Of a stretch of 64,000 nt of DNA, positions 41,539 through 53,431 are shown piece by piece. The stretch lies in NCBI GenBank assembly GCA_003278425.1, contig QCFE01000005.1, positions 20,066 through 84,065 on the forward strand, in the 5' to 3' direction. The notes under the pieces were generated by a model. The model ran no database searches. It saw only the letters and a program-made list of their open reading frames with translations, and was not told the DNA's origin. A program made the position numbers and the translations under genes. Within the stretch, counting starts at the first letter, position 1. Each line of letters begins with the position of its first letter. This DNA comes from Prochlorococcus sp. AG-363-B11 (GTDB taxonomy: Bacteria > Cyanobacteriota > Cyanobacteriia > PCC-6307 > Cyanobiaceae).

Positions 41539-42632
41539 TAGGACTCCCTCAGATAATTTAATATCCCTTTAGCTATTGCAAAAGCAACTTTTGTCCTATG
41601 ACTCTCTTGTGCAAGAAATTTTGAATCATATTTACCTGTTAAAAAACCCACCTCAATTAATGCAGCTGGCATATTAGTTTTACGGATCACAAAAAACCTA
41701 CTCTGCCTAACTCCTCTATCAGGACTACCTGGAGAAACATAAAGAAGCTCATCTTGGATTTTAGCAGCCAATTTTTTTCCATAAAAGCCTGTAAAAAAAT
41801 AACTTTCTATACCGCTAACATCTGTCCTAAATCCACGAGTAGCATTTGCATGAATACTTACAAAGGCATCAGCATTAGATTTATTTGCCATCACAACCCT
41901 CTCATTCAAAGTCACATCTTTTTCAACTGATCTAGTCATCAGAACCTTTACCCCCTTAGCACCTAGATATCTTTCAACAGTCTTGGATATATCAAGAACA
42001 ACATCGGTTTCTCTTAAACCATTAATTCCAACTGCTCCTGAATCAGGTCCACCATGACCTGGATCTAAAACGATAAAAAATCTCCCTCTTTGAACAGTCG
42101 GCAAAGAAGAGGATTGAAAGTTTTTAAGTGAAGTAATCTGTAAACCTAAAGAAGACTTTTGTATAGTTTGATCCCTTGATGATTTGAGTAATATTCCTTC
42201 TCCAATACTTTTTAAGCCTGTTGAATTAAGGCCATCAAAACGCAATTCCCATGAATCTGATGATGTTCCTAGCAATCTCAATTTAGAGGGGTTTAGAGAA
42301 ACCCTTGGATCAAATTCAACTACTAATCTTGTATTACCTTTATAAGGTTTACCAAGCCTAATTTCTCTTATTGGTCCATTACCTGAAAGTTTCCTAGGTT
42401 GACTCAGTTCTCCAGGAAAATCGATCCAAACTCGATCTCCCTTTTGACCATAACCAGACTGATAATATGCTTCTAATTCTATATTAGGAGTTGTACGTAG
42501 TTTCAAAGTACCATCTGAAGTTACAAGCCAAGCAGCCAAAGCACTTGCTGCGTTAGTCTTAAAGTTAATAAAGAAAAATAAAAAACTAGAGAAGATAACA
42601 CCAACAAGACTTATTGACTTTCTATATCTCAT
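41535..42632 (-). CDS. N-acetylmuramoyl-L-alanine amidase (AMIN + Amidase_3)
   Basis: LDPGHGG, E..VVL, SIHAN, LIEVGF. Confidence 0.94.
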   Translation of the reverse strand: MRYRKSISLVGVIFSSFLFFFINFKTNAASALAAWLVTSDGTLKLRTTPNIELEAYYQSGYGQKGDRVWIDFPGELSQPRKLSGNGPIREIRLGKPYKGNTRLVVEFDPRVSLNPSKLRLLGTSSDSWELRFDGLNSTGLKSIGEGILLKSSRDQTIQKSSLGLQITSLKNFQSSSLPTVQRGRFFIVLDPGHGGPDSGAVGINGLRETDVVLDISKTVERYLGAKGVKVLMTRSVEKDVTLNERVVMANKSNADAFVSIHANATRGFRTDVSGIESYFFTGFYGKKLAAKIQDELLYVSPGSPDRGVRQSRFFVIRKTNMPAALIEVGFLTGKYDSKFLAQESHRTKVAFAIAKGILNYLRESY

Positions 42633-42636
42633 AAAC

Positions 42637-43458
42637 CTAAAATAAATTAGACTTCCTATGTTTCAAAGAAGGCATCTGATTTCTAATACTTTGAACCCTA
42701 GAAGTAACAATTGGAGCAATAGCAGCACCCTGTTGAACACCTGCATCAGCGAGGACTGTTCCCCAAGGATCAATAATCATTGCATGACCATGACTTTGAC
42801 GTCGACGATAATGAAGTCCAGTCTGAGCAGGTGCAACAACATAAGCAGTATTTTCTATAGCTCTGGATTGAAGTAGAACCTGCCAATGATCTTTACCTGT
42901 AAAGGCAGTAAAGGCTGCAGGAATCAATAGTAACTCTGCACCTTGGCCAACAAGATACCTATAAAGTTCAGGGAAACGGACGTCATAACAGATTGATAAA
43001 CCAACTTTACATAACCCTGGGATATTAATTACAGAAGGCAATTTGTTACCTGAAACTATAGTTTCAGACTCTCTATATTTATTTCCATCTGGCAAGTCGA
43101 CATCAAAAAGATGGATCTTGTCGTACCTACCTAATATTTCTCCATCACGTCCTACTAGTTCTGCTCTATTGAGAGTCCGTTTTCCATCATCTGCTGGGAC
43201 AGGGAACCCACCTCCTAAAAGTACAACCTGATAACGTCTTGCCATCGTTACAAGAAATTGGCTGCACTTTTCAGAAAGAGAACTTGAAATATCCAATCGT
43301 TCCTGATCATCGCCAATAAAGGCAAAATTTTCTGGCAACCCAACAAGTTCCGAACCTCTTCGGGAAGCAAGTTCTATTTGTTCTTCAGCTAATGAAAAAT
43401 TTTCCTCAACATTAGAGGTACTTGTTAACTGAACTGCTGCGGCTAGAAAATCCGACAA
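42637..43458 (-). CDS. Carbon-nitrogen hydrolase (Nit1-like)
   Basis: LPENF, YDKIHLFD, ICYDVRFPE. Confidence 0.93.
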   Translation of the reverse strand: MSDFLAAAVQLTSTSNVEENFSLAEEQIELASRRGSELVGLPENFAFIGDDQERLDISSSLSEKCSQFLVTMARRYQVVLLGGGFPVPADDGKRTLNRAELVGRDGEILGRYDKIHLFDVDLPDGNKYRESETIVSGNKLPSVINIPGLCKVGLSICYDVRFPELYRYLVGQGAELLLIPAAFTAFTGKDHWQVLLQSRAIENTAYVVAPAQTGLHYRRRQSHGHAMIIDPWGTVLADAGVQQGAAIAPIVTSRVQSIRNQMPSLKHRKSNLF

Positions 43459-43488
43459 AGCCTTAAACCAAGAGTGAAAATAGAATCT

Positions 43489-44220
43489 TCAAAGAGAAAA
43501 GAGAACACCTTTTTCTCTTTGGGTAGGAACAATACTTATACTATCGAGTTCTGAACAACAAAGGAAATCATCATCATGATTCCCAAGTCTCTCAAGCCGC
43601 TGGCCATGAGTTGTCTTACGTAAACATCCTTCTATATCATTTTTACATGCAGACCAAAGAGCTATGGCAGCTAAAAGTTCATCATTAATTACTTTACAAG
43701 AATTACCAGGTGACTCCATTAAGAATGCTGCAAGTGCTCCCGCAGCTAAAGAATCTTCTAAAGAATATGAACCTTCCCATCCACTGCCCAGAATCAAGAC
43801 ATCTTCTGGTTGATTTAAAAGCAACTTTTCTGCAACAGCTCTTCTATTAATTAAAGCCATTGTATATACAACTTTAGTGTCACTTACTCTTTTAAGAGAC
43901 CGCGTTCCATTTGTAGTACTCATGAATAATCGCTTTCCCTTTACGACATCCGAAGTGACAGCAACAGGAGAATTACCCAAATCAAACCCATCAATCATTT
44001 TTCCTCCGCGTTCTCCTAACAGGAGCCTTAGAGATGATTTCCAATCAGAAGATTCATTCTGTAACTCAGTTAAATCTGCAAATGTTTGGACTGCTTCCGC
44101 ACCATTGTTTAAAGCACAAGCAATTGTGGTTGTGGCCCTAAGGACATCTATTACTACAGCAGTTTGAGAGTGAGCATCATCGGGAACATCCCCAGCAACA
44201 TGAAAATAAGAAAGCTTCAT
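43489..44220 (-). CDS. comB: 2-phosphosulfolactate phosphatase family protein
   Basis: [28 protein letters not shown]. Confidence 0.9.
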   Translation of the reverse strand: MKLSYFHVAGDVPDDAHSQTAVVIDVLRATTTIACALNNGAEAVQTFADLTELQNESSDWKSSLRLLLGERGGKMIDGFDLGNSPVAVTSDVVKGKRLFMSTTNGTRSLKRVSDTKVVYTMALINRRAVAEKLLLNQPEDVLILGSGWEGSYSLEDSLAAGALAAFLMESPGNSCKVINDELLAAIALWSACKNDIEGCLRKTTHGQRLERLGNHDDDFLCCSELDSISIVPTQREKGVLFSL

Positions 44221-44271
44221 GACCCAATATGTGACAACCTAAGAAAGATTAACTAAACCATTCAACACAGT

Positions 44272-45849
44272 GTGAAGAAAATAATGAATCTCATTCAAAA
44301 AGGAACTGGTTTTCATGACATGAGGGGGTTTTTGTCCCTTTTAGAAGAAAGAGGACAATTAAAAAGAATAAAGAAACCTGTTGATCCTAACCTCGAACTT
44401 GCAGCTATTAGCGATCGTGTACTTGGCATAGGAGGGCCAGCATTGCTCTTCGAAAACATTGTCGGTTCATCTGTACCAGTTGCAGTCAATCTACTAGGAA
44501 CCGTTGATAGGATTACATGGTGTATGGGGCTAGACAGGGTTGAAGAACTAGAGGAACTTGGAGAGAAATTATCAAATCTTCAAAACCCTGAACCACCTAA
44601 AAATATAAAAAAAACTATTCAGTATGGTGGACTTATATGGGACCTTTTTAGAGCATTACCCGACAGAGATTTAACCCCACCTTGTCGTCAAATAGTACTA
44701 AAAGGAGAACAAGTCGACCTTGACAATCTTCCTCTAATAAGGCCATGGCCTGGTGATGCAGGAAAAATAATTACTTTTGGCCTTGTAATTACAAAAGATC
44801 CAGAAACAAAGACCCCAAATATTGGCGTATACAGGCTACAACAACAATCTAAACAAACAATGACTGTTCATTGGCTCAGCGTAAGAGGTGGAGCTAGACA
44901 CTTAAGGAAAGCAGCTGCAATGGGAAAGAAACTTGAAGTAGCAATTGCAGTAGGGGTCCATCCGCTTATTTTGATGGCAGCGGCAACCCCGATACCCGTT
45001 AATCTTAGTGAGTGGATTTTCGCAGGCCTTTATTCTGGGAAAGGAGTCCCACTAAGCAAATGTAAAACAATTGATCTTGAGGTGCCAAGTCATAGTGAAT
45101 TTGTCCTCGAAGGAACTATCACACCTGGAGAGGAAATGAACGATGGACCATTTGGAGATCATATGGGATTCTATGGTGGAGTAGAGCCATCACCACTAAT
45201 ACGTTTCCATTGCATTACTCATAGAAAGGAGCCGATTTTTCTAACTACCTTTAGCGGGAGACCTCCAAAAGAAGAGGCTATGATGGCTATTGCATTAAAT
45301 AGAATATATACGCCAATTCTAAGACGACAAATAACTGAAATTGTCGATTTTTTCCTTCCTATGGAAGCATTAAGTTATAAGTTAGCAATAATTTCAATTA
45401 ATAAAAGCTATCCTGGTCAAGCAAAAAGATCAGCGATCGCTTTCTGGAGTGCTTTGCCTCAATTTACATATACGAAATTTGTTGTTGTAGTTGATTCAAC
45501 AATAAATGTACGAGACCCTCGTCAAGTTGTATGGGCTATATCGAGTTTGGTAGATCCACAACGAGATCTGCTAATAATGGAAAATACACCTTTTGATAGC
45601 CTTGATTTTGCCAGTGAAAATATAGGGCTCGGAGGAAGACTAGCAATTGATGCAACAACAAAAATCGGGCCGGAAAAGAATCATGAGTGGGGCGAACCTT
45701 TAAATCATTCAGATAAACTTAAAAAGAGCATAGATAATGATTGGGAAAAACTTGGACTCTCAGATATAAAATCAAATCAACCTGACCCTTCATTGTTTGG
45801 CTATGTAATTAATGAAGTAATCAAGCTTAATCACATCACAAATTTATAA
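44272..45849 (+). CDS. ubiD: UbiD family decarboxylase
   Basis: GPALLFEN, GVYRLQ, EGTI, GPFGDHMGFY, IDATTK. Confidence 0.93.
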   Translation: MKKIMNLIQKGTGFHDMRGFLSLLEERGQLKRIKKPVDPNLELAAISDRVLGIGGPALLFENIVGSSVPVAVNLLGTVDRITWCMGLDRVEELEELGEKLSNLQNPEPPKNIKKTIQYGGLIWDLFRALPDRDLTPPCRQIVLKGEQVDLDNLPLIRPWPGDAGKIITFGLVITKDPETKTPNIGVYRLQQQSKQTMTVHWLSVRGGARHLRKAAAMGKKLEVAIAVGVHPLILMAAATPIPVNLSEWIFAGLYSGKGVPLSKCKTIDLEVPSHSEFVLEGTITPGEEMNDGPFGDHMGFYGGVEPSPLIRFHCITHRKEPIFLTTFSGRPPKEEAMMAIALNRIYTPILRRQITEIVDFFLPMEALSYKLAIISINKSYPGQAKRSAIAFWSALPQFTYTKFVVVVDSTINVRDPRQVVWAISSLVDPQRDLLIMENTPFDSLDFASENIGLGGRLAIDATTKIGPEKNHEWGEPLNHSDKLKKSIDNDWEKLGLSDIKSNQPDPSLFGYVINEVIKLNHITNL

Positions 45850-45919
45850 ATGAGTTCGAATAAAGCCTCATTGTAAAGCCTATAATAATAAGATTTAGTT
45901 AGCTTATTAGATATTTTCC

Positions 45920-47248
45920 TTGAGCTCAATAAAAGATCCAATGTATCTAAGAGAAATCAAGTCAGGAGGAAGTCTTATAGGTAGTGTAAAAGTGCCTGGT
46001 GACAAATCTATATCACACCGGTCTCTTTTATTTGGTTCAATTGCAGAAGGAGAAACAACTATAGAAGGTCTACTCCCAGCAGAAGATCCCATTAGCACTG
46101 CGAATTGTTTAAAAGCTATGGGAGTAAAAATACAATTAACTACAGACAATAAAATTGTAAAAATTCAAGGCGTTGGTCTGGATGGCCTAAAAGAACCAAA
46201 TGACGTTCTCAACTGTGGCAATTCAGGTACGACAATGAGATTATTACTTGGTTTATTAGTTGGTAAACAAGATAGGCATTTTGTTTTAACTGGCGACGAA
46301 TCATTAAATCACAGACCAATGAAAAGAGTAGGGCACCCTCTAAAAATGATGGGGGCAAAGGTTAGTGGTCGTTGCAATGGCGATTTTGCTCCATTATCTG
46401 TAGTTGGAGCACAACTTCATGGTGCAGTCATTGGTACCCCGGTTGCAAGTGCTCAAATTAAGTCTGCGATTTTACTTGCTGCTCTCACCGCACAAGGGTC
46501 AACTACAGTTATCGAACCAGCAAATTCTAGAGACCATACAGAAAGAATGCTAAAAGCATTTGGAGCCAATGTTCAAATAAGTGGAGAGTTAGGTCGACAT
46601 ATAACTCTCCGCCCTGGGCATAAGCTAAGTGGAACTCAAATAGTTGTTCCAGGCGACATAAGTTCTGCCTCCTTCTGGTTAATCGCAGGCTCATTAATTC
46701 CAGGTTCAGATATAACAATAGAAAATATTGGGTTAAACCCAACAAGAACTGGAATACTTGATGTGTTAAAACAAATGGAAGCTAATATTGAATTGTTTAA
46801 CAAGAGAGAAGTCGCCGGGGAGCCTTTAGGGGATATAAGAGTCGTTCCATCTAAACAGTTAAAGCCTTTCTACATTGATACTGAAATAATCCCTCGACTG
46901 GTCGATGAAGTTCCTATTCTCGCTGTAGCTGCATGTTTTTGCAATGGGACAAGTCAAATAACTGGTGCCAGTGAATTGCGCATCAAAGAGACCGACCGCC
47001 TATCCGTTATGACAAGACAGTTAACAAAAATGGGAGCAATTATTCAGGAAAATCCTGATGGATTAACTATTCAAGGTGGAAAAGGCCTTACTGGGGCTAC
47101 TTTAGATAGTGAGACTGATCATCGTGTAGCCATGAGTCTTGCAATAGCCTCAATTCTGGCGAAAGGAGATTCAACAATGGCTAGAAGCAATGCCGCTTCA
47201 GTTTCTTATCCTGAATTTTGGAGTGACCTTGAAAGACTTAGAAAATAA
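45920..47248 (+). CDS. aroA: EPSP synthase
   Basis: [35 protein letters not shown]. Confidence 0.97.
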   Translation: MSSIKDPMYLREIKSGGSLIGSVKVPGDKSISHRSLLFGSIAEGETTIEGLLPAEDPISTANCLKAMGVKIQLTTDNKIVKIQGVGLDGLKEPNDVLNCGNSGTTMRLLLGLLVGKQDRHFVLTGDESLNHRPMKRVGHPLKMMGAKVSGRCNGDFAPLSVVGAQLHGAVIGTPVASAQIKSAILLAALTAQGSTTVIEPANSRDHTERMLKAFGANVQISGELGRHITLRPGHKLSGTQIVVPGDISSASFWLIAGSLIPGSDITIENIGLNPTRTGILDVLKQMEANIELFNKREVAGEPLGDIRVVPSKQLKPFYIDTEIIPRLVDEVPILAVAACFCNGTSQITGASELRIKETDRLSVMTRQLTKMGAIIQENPDGLTIQGGKGLTGATLDSETDHRVAMSLAIASILAKGDSTMARSNAASVSYPEFWSDLERLRK

Positions 47249-48170
47249 GCAAGGTCAGGCCAATTTTCCACATAGTTCTCTTAGAATATGTGAAACGGGT
47301 GATGGAACTATTTCTTTAGTAAATACGGACTTAAAAGAAAGCTTTCATAATTATGCCGGTGCAAAGAAGGAAGCTATAGAGAAATTCATACAACCCTCTG
47401 AGATTCATCTCTATGAGAAGCAACGAACCATTTGTGTTTTAGACATATGTGTAGGTATGGGCTACAACTCAGCATGTCTAATGGATGTAATTTTAGATAC
47501 TCAATTATTTCTTAATTGGTGGGGAATAGAGCAAGACAAGGTCCCACTGAAGATAGCATTGTCTAATAATACATTTAGATCTACGTGGACAAATAAAACA
47601 CTTTGTTTACTAGAAATGCTTAAACAAAAAAGTCAATGGAAAAGCACGTTTGGAATTGGCAAGATTCTCTGGGGGGATGCTCGGCAAAAGATTAATGATA
47701 TTCCTAAAGCTTTAACTTTTGATCTGATTTTCCATGACGCATTCTCACCTCAGAAATGTCCTGAACTTTGGACTGAAGAGTTTCTTCAAAATCTTTCAAA
47801 GAAACTCTCCCACGGAGGCAAATTAATTACATATTCCAGAGCTGCTGCAATACGTGCAAGTTTAAGAAGGTCTGGATTGACATTAAAATCTCTTTTGACG
47901 ACATCGTCATCAAAAAATCATTGGAGCAACGGAACTGTAGCTATTAAAAATTACCAATTACCATCTCAATTGCCTAAAGCATTTTTTTGCACTTCATTAA
48001 GTGAAATGGAAGAAGAACATCTAAAAACTGTTGCAGCTGTCCCTTATAGAGATCCAAGAGGAACTTCTTCTAGTAATGAGATCATTAAAAGAAGAAATGA
48101 AGAGCAAAAGAAAAGTAATCTTCTGAGCACCAACTCATGGAAAAAACGTTGGGTAGGTACTAAAAGTTGA
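47190..48170 (+). CDS. MnmC/MnmD-like methyltransferase (true start probably 47223 or 47229)
   Basis: [41 protein letters not shown]. Confidence 0.88.
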   Translation: MPLQFLILNFGVTLKDLENKQGQANFPHSSLRICETGDGTISLVNTDLKESFHNYAGAKKEAIEKFIQPSEIHLYEKQRTICVLDICVGMGYNSACLMDVILDTQLFLNWWGIEQDKVPLKIALSNNTFRSTWTNKTLCLLEMLKQKSQWKSTFGIGKILWGDARQKINDIPKALTFDLIFHDAFSPQKCPELWTEEFLQNLSKKLSHGGKLITYSRAAAIRASLRRSGLTLKSLLTTSSSKNHWSNGTVAIKNYQLPSQLPKAFFCTSLSEMEEEHLKTVAAVPYRDPRGTSSSNEIIKRRNEEQKKSNLLSTNSWKKRWVGTKS

Positions 48171-48208
48171 CCAAAAGATGTAGATTTCTAAAAGAACATA
48201 TTTAGTAA

Positions 48209-49558
48209 ATGCTCGCTATCGCGATATTAGCTGCTGGTAAAGGCACAAGGATGCATAGCAACATCCCAAAGGTTCTACAAAAGATTGCAGGGATAACGCT
48301 TTTAGAAAGAGTTTTGGAAAGTTGCAAAGAACTTAAGCCAGATAGAACATTAGTAATTGTCGGACATCAAGCACAACAAATTAAAGAAAGTATTTCCTAT
48401 TTACAGGATATTGAATTTGTAAGCCAAGACCCACAAAATGGAACAGGTCACGCCGTACAACAACTGATACCAACTTTAAAAAATTTTGATGGAGATTTAC
48501 TTATCTTAAACGGAGATGTGCCTTTACTACGTTCTAAAACCATTTTAGAGCTTCTTTCCAATCACTGCACAAGGAAGGCTAGTGTATCGATTTTAACAGC
48601 TCGACTTTCAGTTCCTATAGGTTACGGAAGAGTTTTCAGTGATTCTCTTGGCAATGTTGACAAAATCATTGAGGACCGTGATTGTTCTGAAGAAGAAAAG
48701 AAAAACAATCTTACAAATTCTGGAGTTTATTGCTTTAAGTGGAGTGAGCTAAAAATTGTTCTAAAAAATCTATCCAGCAACAATGCTCAAAATGAAATCT
48801 ATCTAACAGATGCAATACAAAAACTACCATCTGCGATACATACAGAAGTAACCGATTCAGATGAGGTAAATGGGGTTAATGACAAACAGCAGCTCTCAGA
48901 CTGTGAAAATATACTTCAAGAGCGATTACGTAGATATTGGATGAAAAAAGGCGTAAAATTTATAAATCCGACAAGTTCAACAATTAGTGAAAAAACTCTT
49001 TTTGGTAAAGATGTGACAATTGAGCCAGAAACACATCTACGCGGAGAAAATATAATTGGAGACAATTGTCATCTAGGTCCGAATAGCTTTATCGAGAATA
49101 CAGAACTAAAAGCAAATGTATCAATCTTATATTCCGTTGTTAGAGACTCCCTTATTTATGAAAATGTTCAAGTCGGACCCTTTTCACATTTGCGTCCAGG
49201 AACACTGTTACAAAACAATTGCAAAATAGGCAACTTTGTAGAAGTTAAAAATAGTAGTTTGGATACAAACACCAAAGTAAACCATTTAAGCTATATAGGT
49301 GACTGTGACATTGGCAAAGCTGTAAATATTGGAGCAGGAACAATTACTGCTAATTACGACGGTTTGAAAAAGCATCAAACTATAATTGGTAAAAATAGCA
49401 AAACAGGTGCAAATTCAGTTTTAGTAGCACCCTTAAAAGTTGGAGAAGGAGTAACTATAGGTGCCGGTTCAACAATAACTAAGGATATTCCAAATAACTC
49501 ATTAGCAATAGAAAGAGCAAAACAAGTTATGAAGAAAAATTGGCTGCCTAAAGTTTAG
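48209..49558 (+). CDS. glmU: Bifunctional GlmU
   Basis: [20 protein letters not shown], hexapeptide repeats, HLSYIGD. Confidence 0.97.
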   Translation: MLAIAILAAGKGTRMHSNIPKVLQKIAGITLLERVLESCKELKPDRTLVIVGHQAQQIKESISYLQDIEFVSQDPQNGTGHAVQQLIPTLKNFDGDLLILNGDVPLLRSKTILELLSNHCTRKASVSILTARLSVPIGYGRVFSDSLGNVDKIIEDRDCSEEEKKNNLTNSGVYCFKWSELKIVLKNLSSNNAQNEIYLTDAIQKLPSAIHTEVTDSDEVNGVNDKQQLSDCENILQERLRRYWMKKGVKFINPTSSTISEKTLFGKDVTIEPETHLRGENIIGDNCHLGPNSFIENTELKANVSILYSVVRDSLIYENVQVGPFSHLRPGTLLQNNCKIGNFVEVKNSSLDTNTKVNHLSYIGDCDIGKAVNIGAGTITANYDGLKKHQTIIGKNSKTGANSVLVAPLKVGEGVTIGAGSTITKDIPNNSLAIERAKQVMKKNWLPKV

Positions 49559-49563
49559 ATTAA

Positions 49564-50970
49564 CTAATAATGTTGTTTCAATAAAGGTAATAGTCTTTCC
49601 AAAGCCACCTTTCTGCTTGCCTTGAGCAAAAGGTAATCTCCAGAAATGAGCCAACTTTTCAGAACATAATAGGCTTGTTCAGGCGAAGAAACAACTTCAA
49701 CATAAGGCATAGACTTGGCGACTGTGAACATTGCCTGACCTTCATCTCCGTTATCAAGAATCACCAGTCCATCAAGACCATTCATAACTACATATTCAGC
49801 AACTTCTTTATGAAGTACAACACTATTTACTCCCAGCTCAAGCATAGTTCCAAGAACTGCAAACCTACGTCCTGGTTTTGTTTTAAGGAAATCGATTGCT
49901 GCTTTTGCTGACTCAGGTGAGGAATTATAAGTCTGATCCATTACATTTATTCCACCAATACTTAACAACTGACTACGTCCCGAAGGTAACTCCACGTGAA
50001 GGTTGGTAATCTTCTCGAGTGGAACTTTGAGTTCAATAGCTACGGCTAATGCAAACATAAAGTTTTTAGCATTGTGTATACCTTCAAGTGGTAATTGAAA
50101 ATTAAACCCCCTAAAAAGAATGGACCAATCTTTCATATTTAATATTCCTTGAAAGTCAGCATTATTATTCATTTCTTCTTGTACACCATCCCTATTAACT
50201 TTAAGATCAACTCGTATTATTCGCCCATGCCAACGTGATTTCAGAATACTTTCAAGCATAGGATCCCCGGCAGGAATAATTAAAACACCATCTGGTTTGA
50301 GAAAGGAAGTAATCTCAGATTTAGCTAATGCAATATTTTTTCGACTCCCAAGTAGCGATATATGAGAATGCCCAATGTTTGTTATAATAGCTATATTAGG
50401 TGATGCACATTTTGACAATCTCTCAATTTCTCCAAGACCACGCATTCCCATCTCAACAACAATTGCAACATGGGTAGTGTCTGCATTTAATAAAGTAATT
50501 GGGACTCCAACATCATTATTATTATTTTCTGACGTAGACATTATTCGGCCAAGAGGGCACAAAGCTGAATGTATTAATGCTCTTGTTGTCGTTTTTCCTA
50601 CAGAACCTGTTACAGCTACAACATAGCTTGAGAGAGTGTCTCGATGAAGTCTTGATAATTCTTGAAAAGCCTTGAGAGTATCCTTAACTCGCCAATAAAT
50701 AAAGTTCTCAGGTATAGGTAAATTGAAGGTTTCCGAGACAATTGTTGCCTGAGCTCCTTTATGGAAAGCCTCATTAATGAAGAAATGTCCATCAAAATGT
50801 TCACCGACTAATGGAATAAAGAAAGACCCTTTTGTTAAATATCTACTATCAGTGCTAACAGTGCCGAGAGGGACATTTAGATCAGAGCCATTACTATTAA
50901 AAGGTTCACCCCAAATAGTCTTTAATTGCCTAAGCGTAATAAGCATATTGAATTGATTAATTCCAATCAA
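49564..50970 (-). CDS. murF: UDP-MurNAc-tripeptide:D-Ala-D-Ala ligase (start possibly ATG 50946)
   Basis: TDSR, TGSVGKTTT, EMGM, YNSSPES, LKASR. Confidence 0.95.
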   Translation of the reverse strand: MIGINQFNMLITLRQLKTIWGEPFNSNGSDLNVPLGTVSTDSRYLTKGSFFIPLVGEHFDGHFFINEAFHKGAQATIVSETFNLPIPENFIYWRVKDTLKAFQELSRLHRDTLSSYVVAVTGSVGKTTTRALIHSALCPLGRIMSTSENNNNDVGVPITLLNADTTHVAIVVEMGMRGLGEIERLSKCASPNIAIITNIGHSHISLLGSRKNIALAKSEITSFLKPDGVLIIPAGDPMLESILKSRWHGRIIRVDLKVNRDGVQEEMNNNADFQGILNMKDWSILFRGFNFQLPLEGIHNAKNFMFALAVAIELKVPLEKITNLHVELPSGRSQLLSIGGINVMDQTYNSSPESAKAAIDFLKTKPGRRFAVLGTMLELGVNSVVLHKEVAEYVVMNGLDGLVILDNGDEGQAMFTVAKSMPYVEVVSSPEQAYYVLKSWLISGDYLLLKASRKVALERLLPLLKQHY

Positions 50971-51007
50971 TTAATTTCAAAAACTAGTCTGGGAGTAATC
51001 AATTCGT

Positions 51008-52465
51008 TCAATTCCTTAAAGATGGATCTGCATCTTGACCAACAGAGAATTTCTCAACTTCACTTACGTCAGGTGAAGGTTCCTTCGCTCCACTGACTTC
51101 CATATACATTCTTTCATATTCCTTTGCTGACTTTCTCCAGCTATAAGACTTAGACATTGCTCTTTTCTGAAGATCATTCCAAGTGCCCTTATGTCGAAAG
51201 GCTTCCCAGGACCTAACTAACGCAGTGTAGAAATCGATTGGTTCAAATCTATCAAAACAAAAACCTGTTCCAGTGTCATTAACAGGGTCATGAGGTTGAA
51301 TTGTATCAACAAGTCCTCCAACATTTCTAACAATAGGGATTGAGCCATAGCGCATTGCCAATAATTGACTAATACCACATGGTTCGAAACGGCTAGGCAT
51401 TAAGAAAGCATCGCTACCTGCATATATAAGACGAGAAAGTGAGTCATCATATGTCAGGAATACAGCAAACCGTCCTGGGTAATCAATAGCAAGTTGCCAA
51501 AGAGCCGACTCTAGATTTTGATCACCTGTACCTAAAACAACGATTTGAGAGTCGGTATATGCTAAAAGTCTTCGCGAGACTTGAAGTAGTAAATCTACTC
51601 CTTTCTGGTCAACTAATCTTCCAACCATACCAAGCAAGTATTTCTCAGGGTTAACTTCTAAACCCATTTCCTTCTGAAGGACCTGCTTGTTTTTAATACG
51701 GCCTGAAGTATCTTCGGCATCAAAATTAGCTGGGAGGGATGAATCCGTAGAGGGATCCCAATCTGCTAAATCGATACCATTAAGTATTCCACGTAATTTT
51801 CCAGAAATATAATTTAGCAGTCCTTCTAGGCCTTCTCCATATTCAGACGTACATATTTCCTTTGAATAAGTAGGAGAGACAGCATTAACTCTATCGGCAT
51901 AAAGCATTGCGGCTGCCATTGTGTGATCCCCACTCATGTACCAAGGGCACCATGTAATCCGATCTAATTTCCAACGCCAAGGACCTTGATATTTAAGGTT
52001 ATGGATTGTAAAAACAGTACTAATTTCTGGATCTTGATGCATCCATACAGGAATCATTCCTGTATGCCAATCGTGGCAATGAAGAACTTGAGGCTTCCAT
52101 GAATTCCATGCAAATTCTGCAGTGGCACTAGCAAAAAAAGTAAAACGCCAGTCTTCATCTTCTCCCCCATATATCCTTTCTGGGTCAAAGGCTGGGTGAC
52201 CAACTAAATAAATAGGAAGATCATTAACAGGATGCTTTGTTTGATAAACAGAGAATTCTGCTCCCATTGTTTTAGCTCTAAAAATGGGTTCATTTGGAAT
52301 ATCAAGAATTGACCAGAGCTTGCTATATCCAGGAAGAATCAATCGAACATCATGACCAAGTTTTGCCAATGCTGGAGGCAATGAGCCAACAACATCCCCC
52401 ATACCACCGACCTTAATCATCGGTGCGCATTCAGCAGCAGCAAAAAGAACGCGCATTACTCTCAC
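51008..52465 (-). CDS. glgA: Glycogen synthase
   Basis: [27 protein letters not shown]. Confidence 0.97.
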   Translation of the reverse strand: MRVMRVLFAAAECAPMIKVGGMGDVVGSLPPALAKLGHDVRLILPGYSKLWSILDIPNEPIFRAKTMGAEFSVYQTKHPVNDLPIYLVGHPAFDPERIYGGEDEDWRFTFFASATAEFAWNSWKPQVLHCHDWHTGMIPVWMHQDPEISTVFTIHNLKYQGPWRWKLDRITWCPWYMSGDHTMAAAMLYADRVNAVSPTYSKEICTSEYGEGLEGLLNYISGKLRGILNGIDLADWDPSTDSSLPANFDAEDTSGRIKNKQVLQKEMGLEVNPEKYLLGMVGRLVDQKGVDLLLQVSRRLLAYTDSQIVVLGTGDQNLESALWQLAIDYPGRFAVFLTYDDSLSRLIYAGSDAFLMPSRFEPCGISQLLAMRYGSIPIVRNVGGLVDTIQPHDPVNDTGTGFCFDRFEPIDFYTALVRSWEAFRHKGTWNDLQKRAMSKSYSWRKSAKEYERMYMEVSGAKEPSPDVSEVEKFSVGQDADPSLRN

Positions 52466-52506
52466 TTTTTAAATTAAAACTTTAAGAATTTAAAAATCCT
52501 AATGGT

Positions 52507-53385
52507 TCATGGCAACCAATCGTATTCCGAAAAGTTAGGTTTTCTTTTTTGTAAAAATGCATCTTTACCCTCCTTCGCCTCATTTGTCTTATAAAAGAGA
52601 TGAGTTGCAGCTCCAGCTAGCTCCTGGATTCCGGCCAGACCATCCGATTCAGCATTAAAAGATGACTTCAAACACCTTATGGCAGTAGGACTATGTTGAA
52701 GAATCTCTCTTGCCCATTTAACCCCTTCAGTCTCTAAGTTATCTATTGATGTGATTGCATTAACAAGTCCCATTTGAAGTGCTTCCTTAGCCCCATACTG
52801 CCTACATAAAAACCATATTTCACGAGCCTTTCGCTGACCTACAACCTTTGCCAAATAACCTGAACCAAACCCAGCATCAAAACTTCCAACTTTTGGACCT
52901 GTCTGACCAAACACAGCATTTTCAGCCGCAAGACTTAAGTCACATAAGAGATGAAGAACTTGACCACCCCCAATCGCATACCCTGAGACAAGTGCTATGA
53001 CTACCTTAGGAATAGTTCTAATAATTCTCTGCAAATCTAGAACATTTAATCTAGGCAAACCATCCTCATCTACGTACCCACCCTCTCCTCTGACACTCTG
53101 ATCACCGCCAGAACAAAAAGCATAACCTCCATCTTTGGCAGGTGAGACACCAGTAAACAAAATCACTCCAATCTTCTTATCATCTCGAATTCTTATAAAT
53201 GCATCGGATAGTTCATTAATTGTTTTTGGCCTAAATGCATTTCTCTTATCAGGTCGATTGATTGCCAAACGGGCAATACCTTCTTCACACTTATCCAAAT
53301 AGATATCTTCGTATTCTCCCCAAGATTGCCAAGAAGCTGCGATAACCCCAGGTAGAACCCTTCTTGATGAATTTGTAGATTCCAA
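52507..53385 (-). CDS. menB: 1,4-dihydroxy-2-naphthoyl-CoA synthase
   Basis: [26 protein letters not shown]. Confidence 0.97.
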   Translation of the reverse strand: MESTNSSRRVLPGVIAASWQSWGEYEDIYLDKCEEGIARLAINRPDKRNAFRPKTINELSDAFIRIRDDKKIGVILFTGVSPAKDGGYAFCSGGDQSVRGEGGYVDEDGLPRLNVLDLQRIIRTIPKVVIALVSGYAIGGGQVLHLLCDLSLAAENAVFGQTGPKVGSFDAGFGSGYLAKVVGQRKAREIWFLCRQYGAKEALQMGLVNAITSIDNLETEGVKWAREILQHSPTAIRCLKSSFNAESDGLAGIQELAGAATHLFYKTNEAKEGKDAFLQKRKPNFSEYDWLP

Positions 53386-53431
53386 TTTATTCTTCAGTGA
53401 ATTAGAAAATATTTAAACATGTTTCGCACCA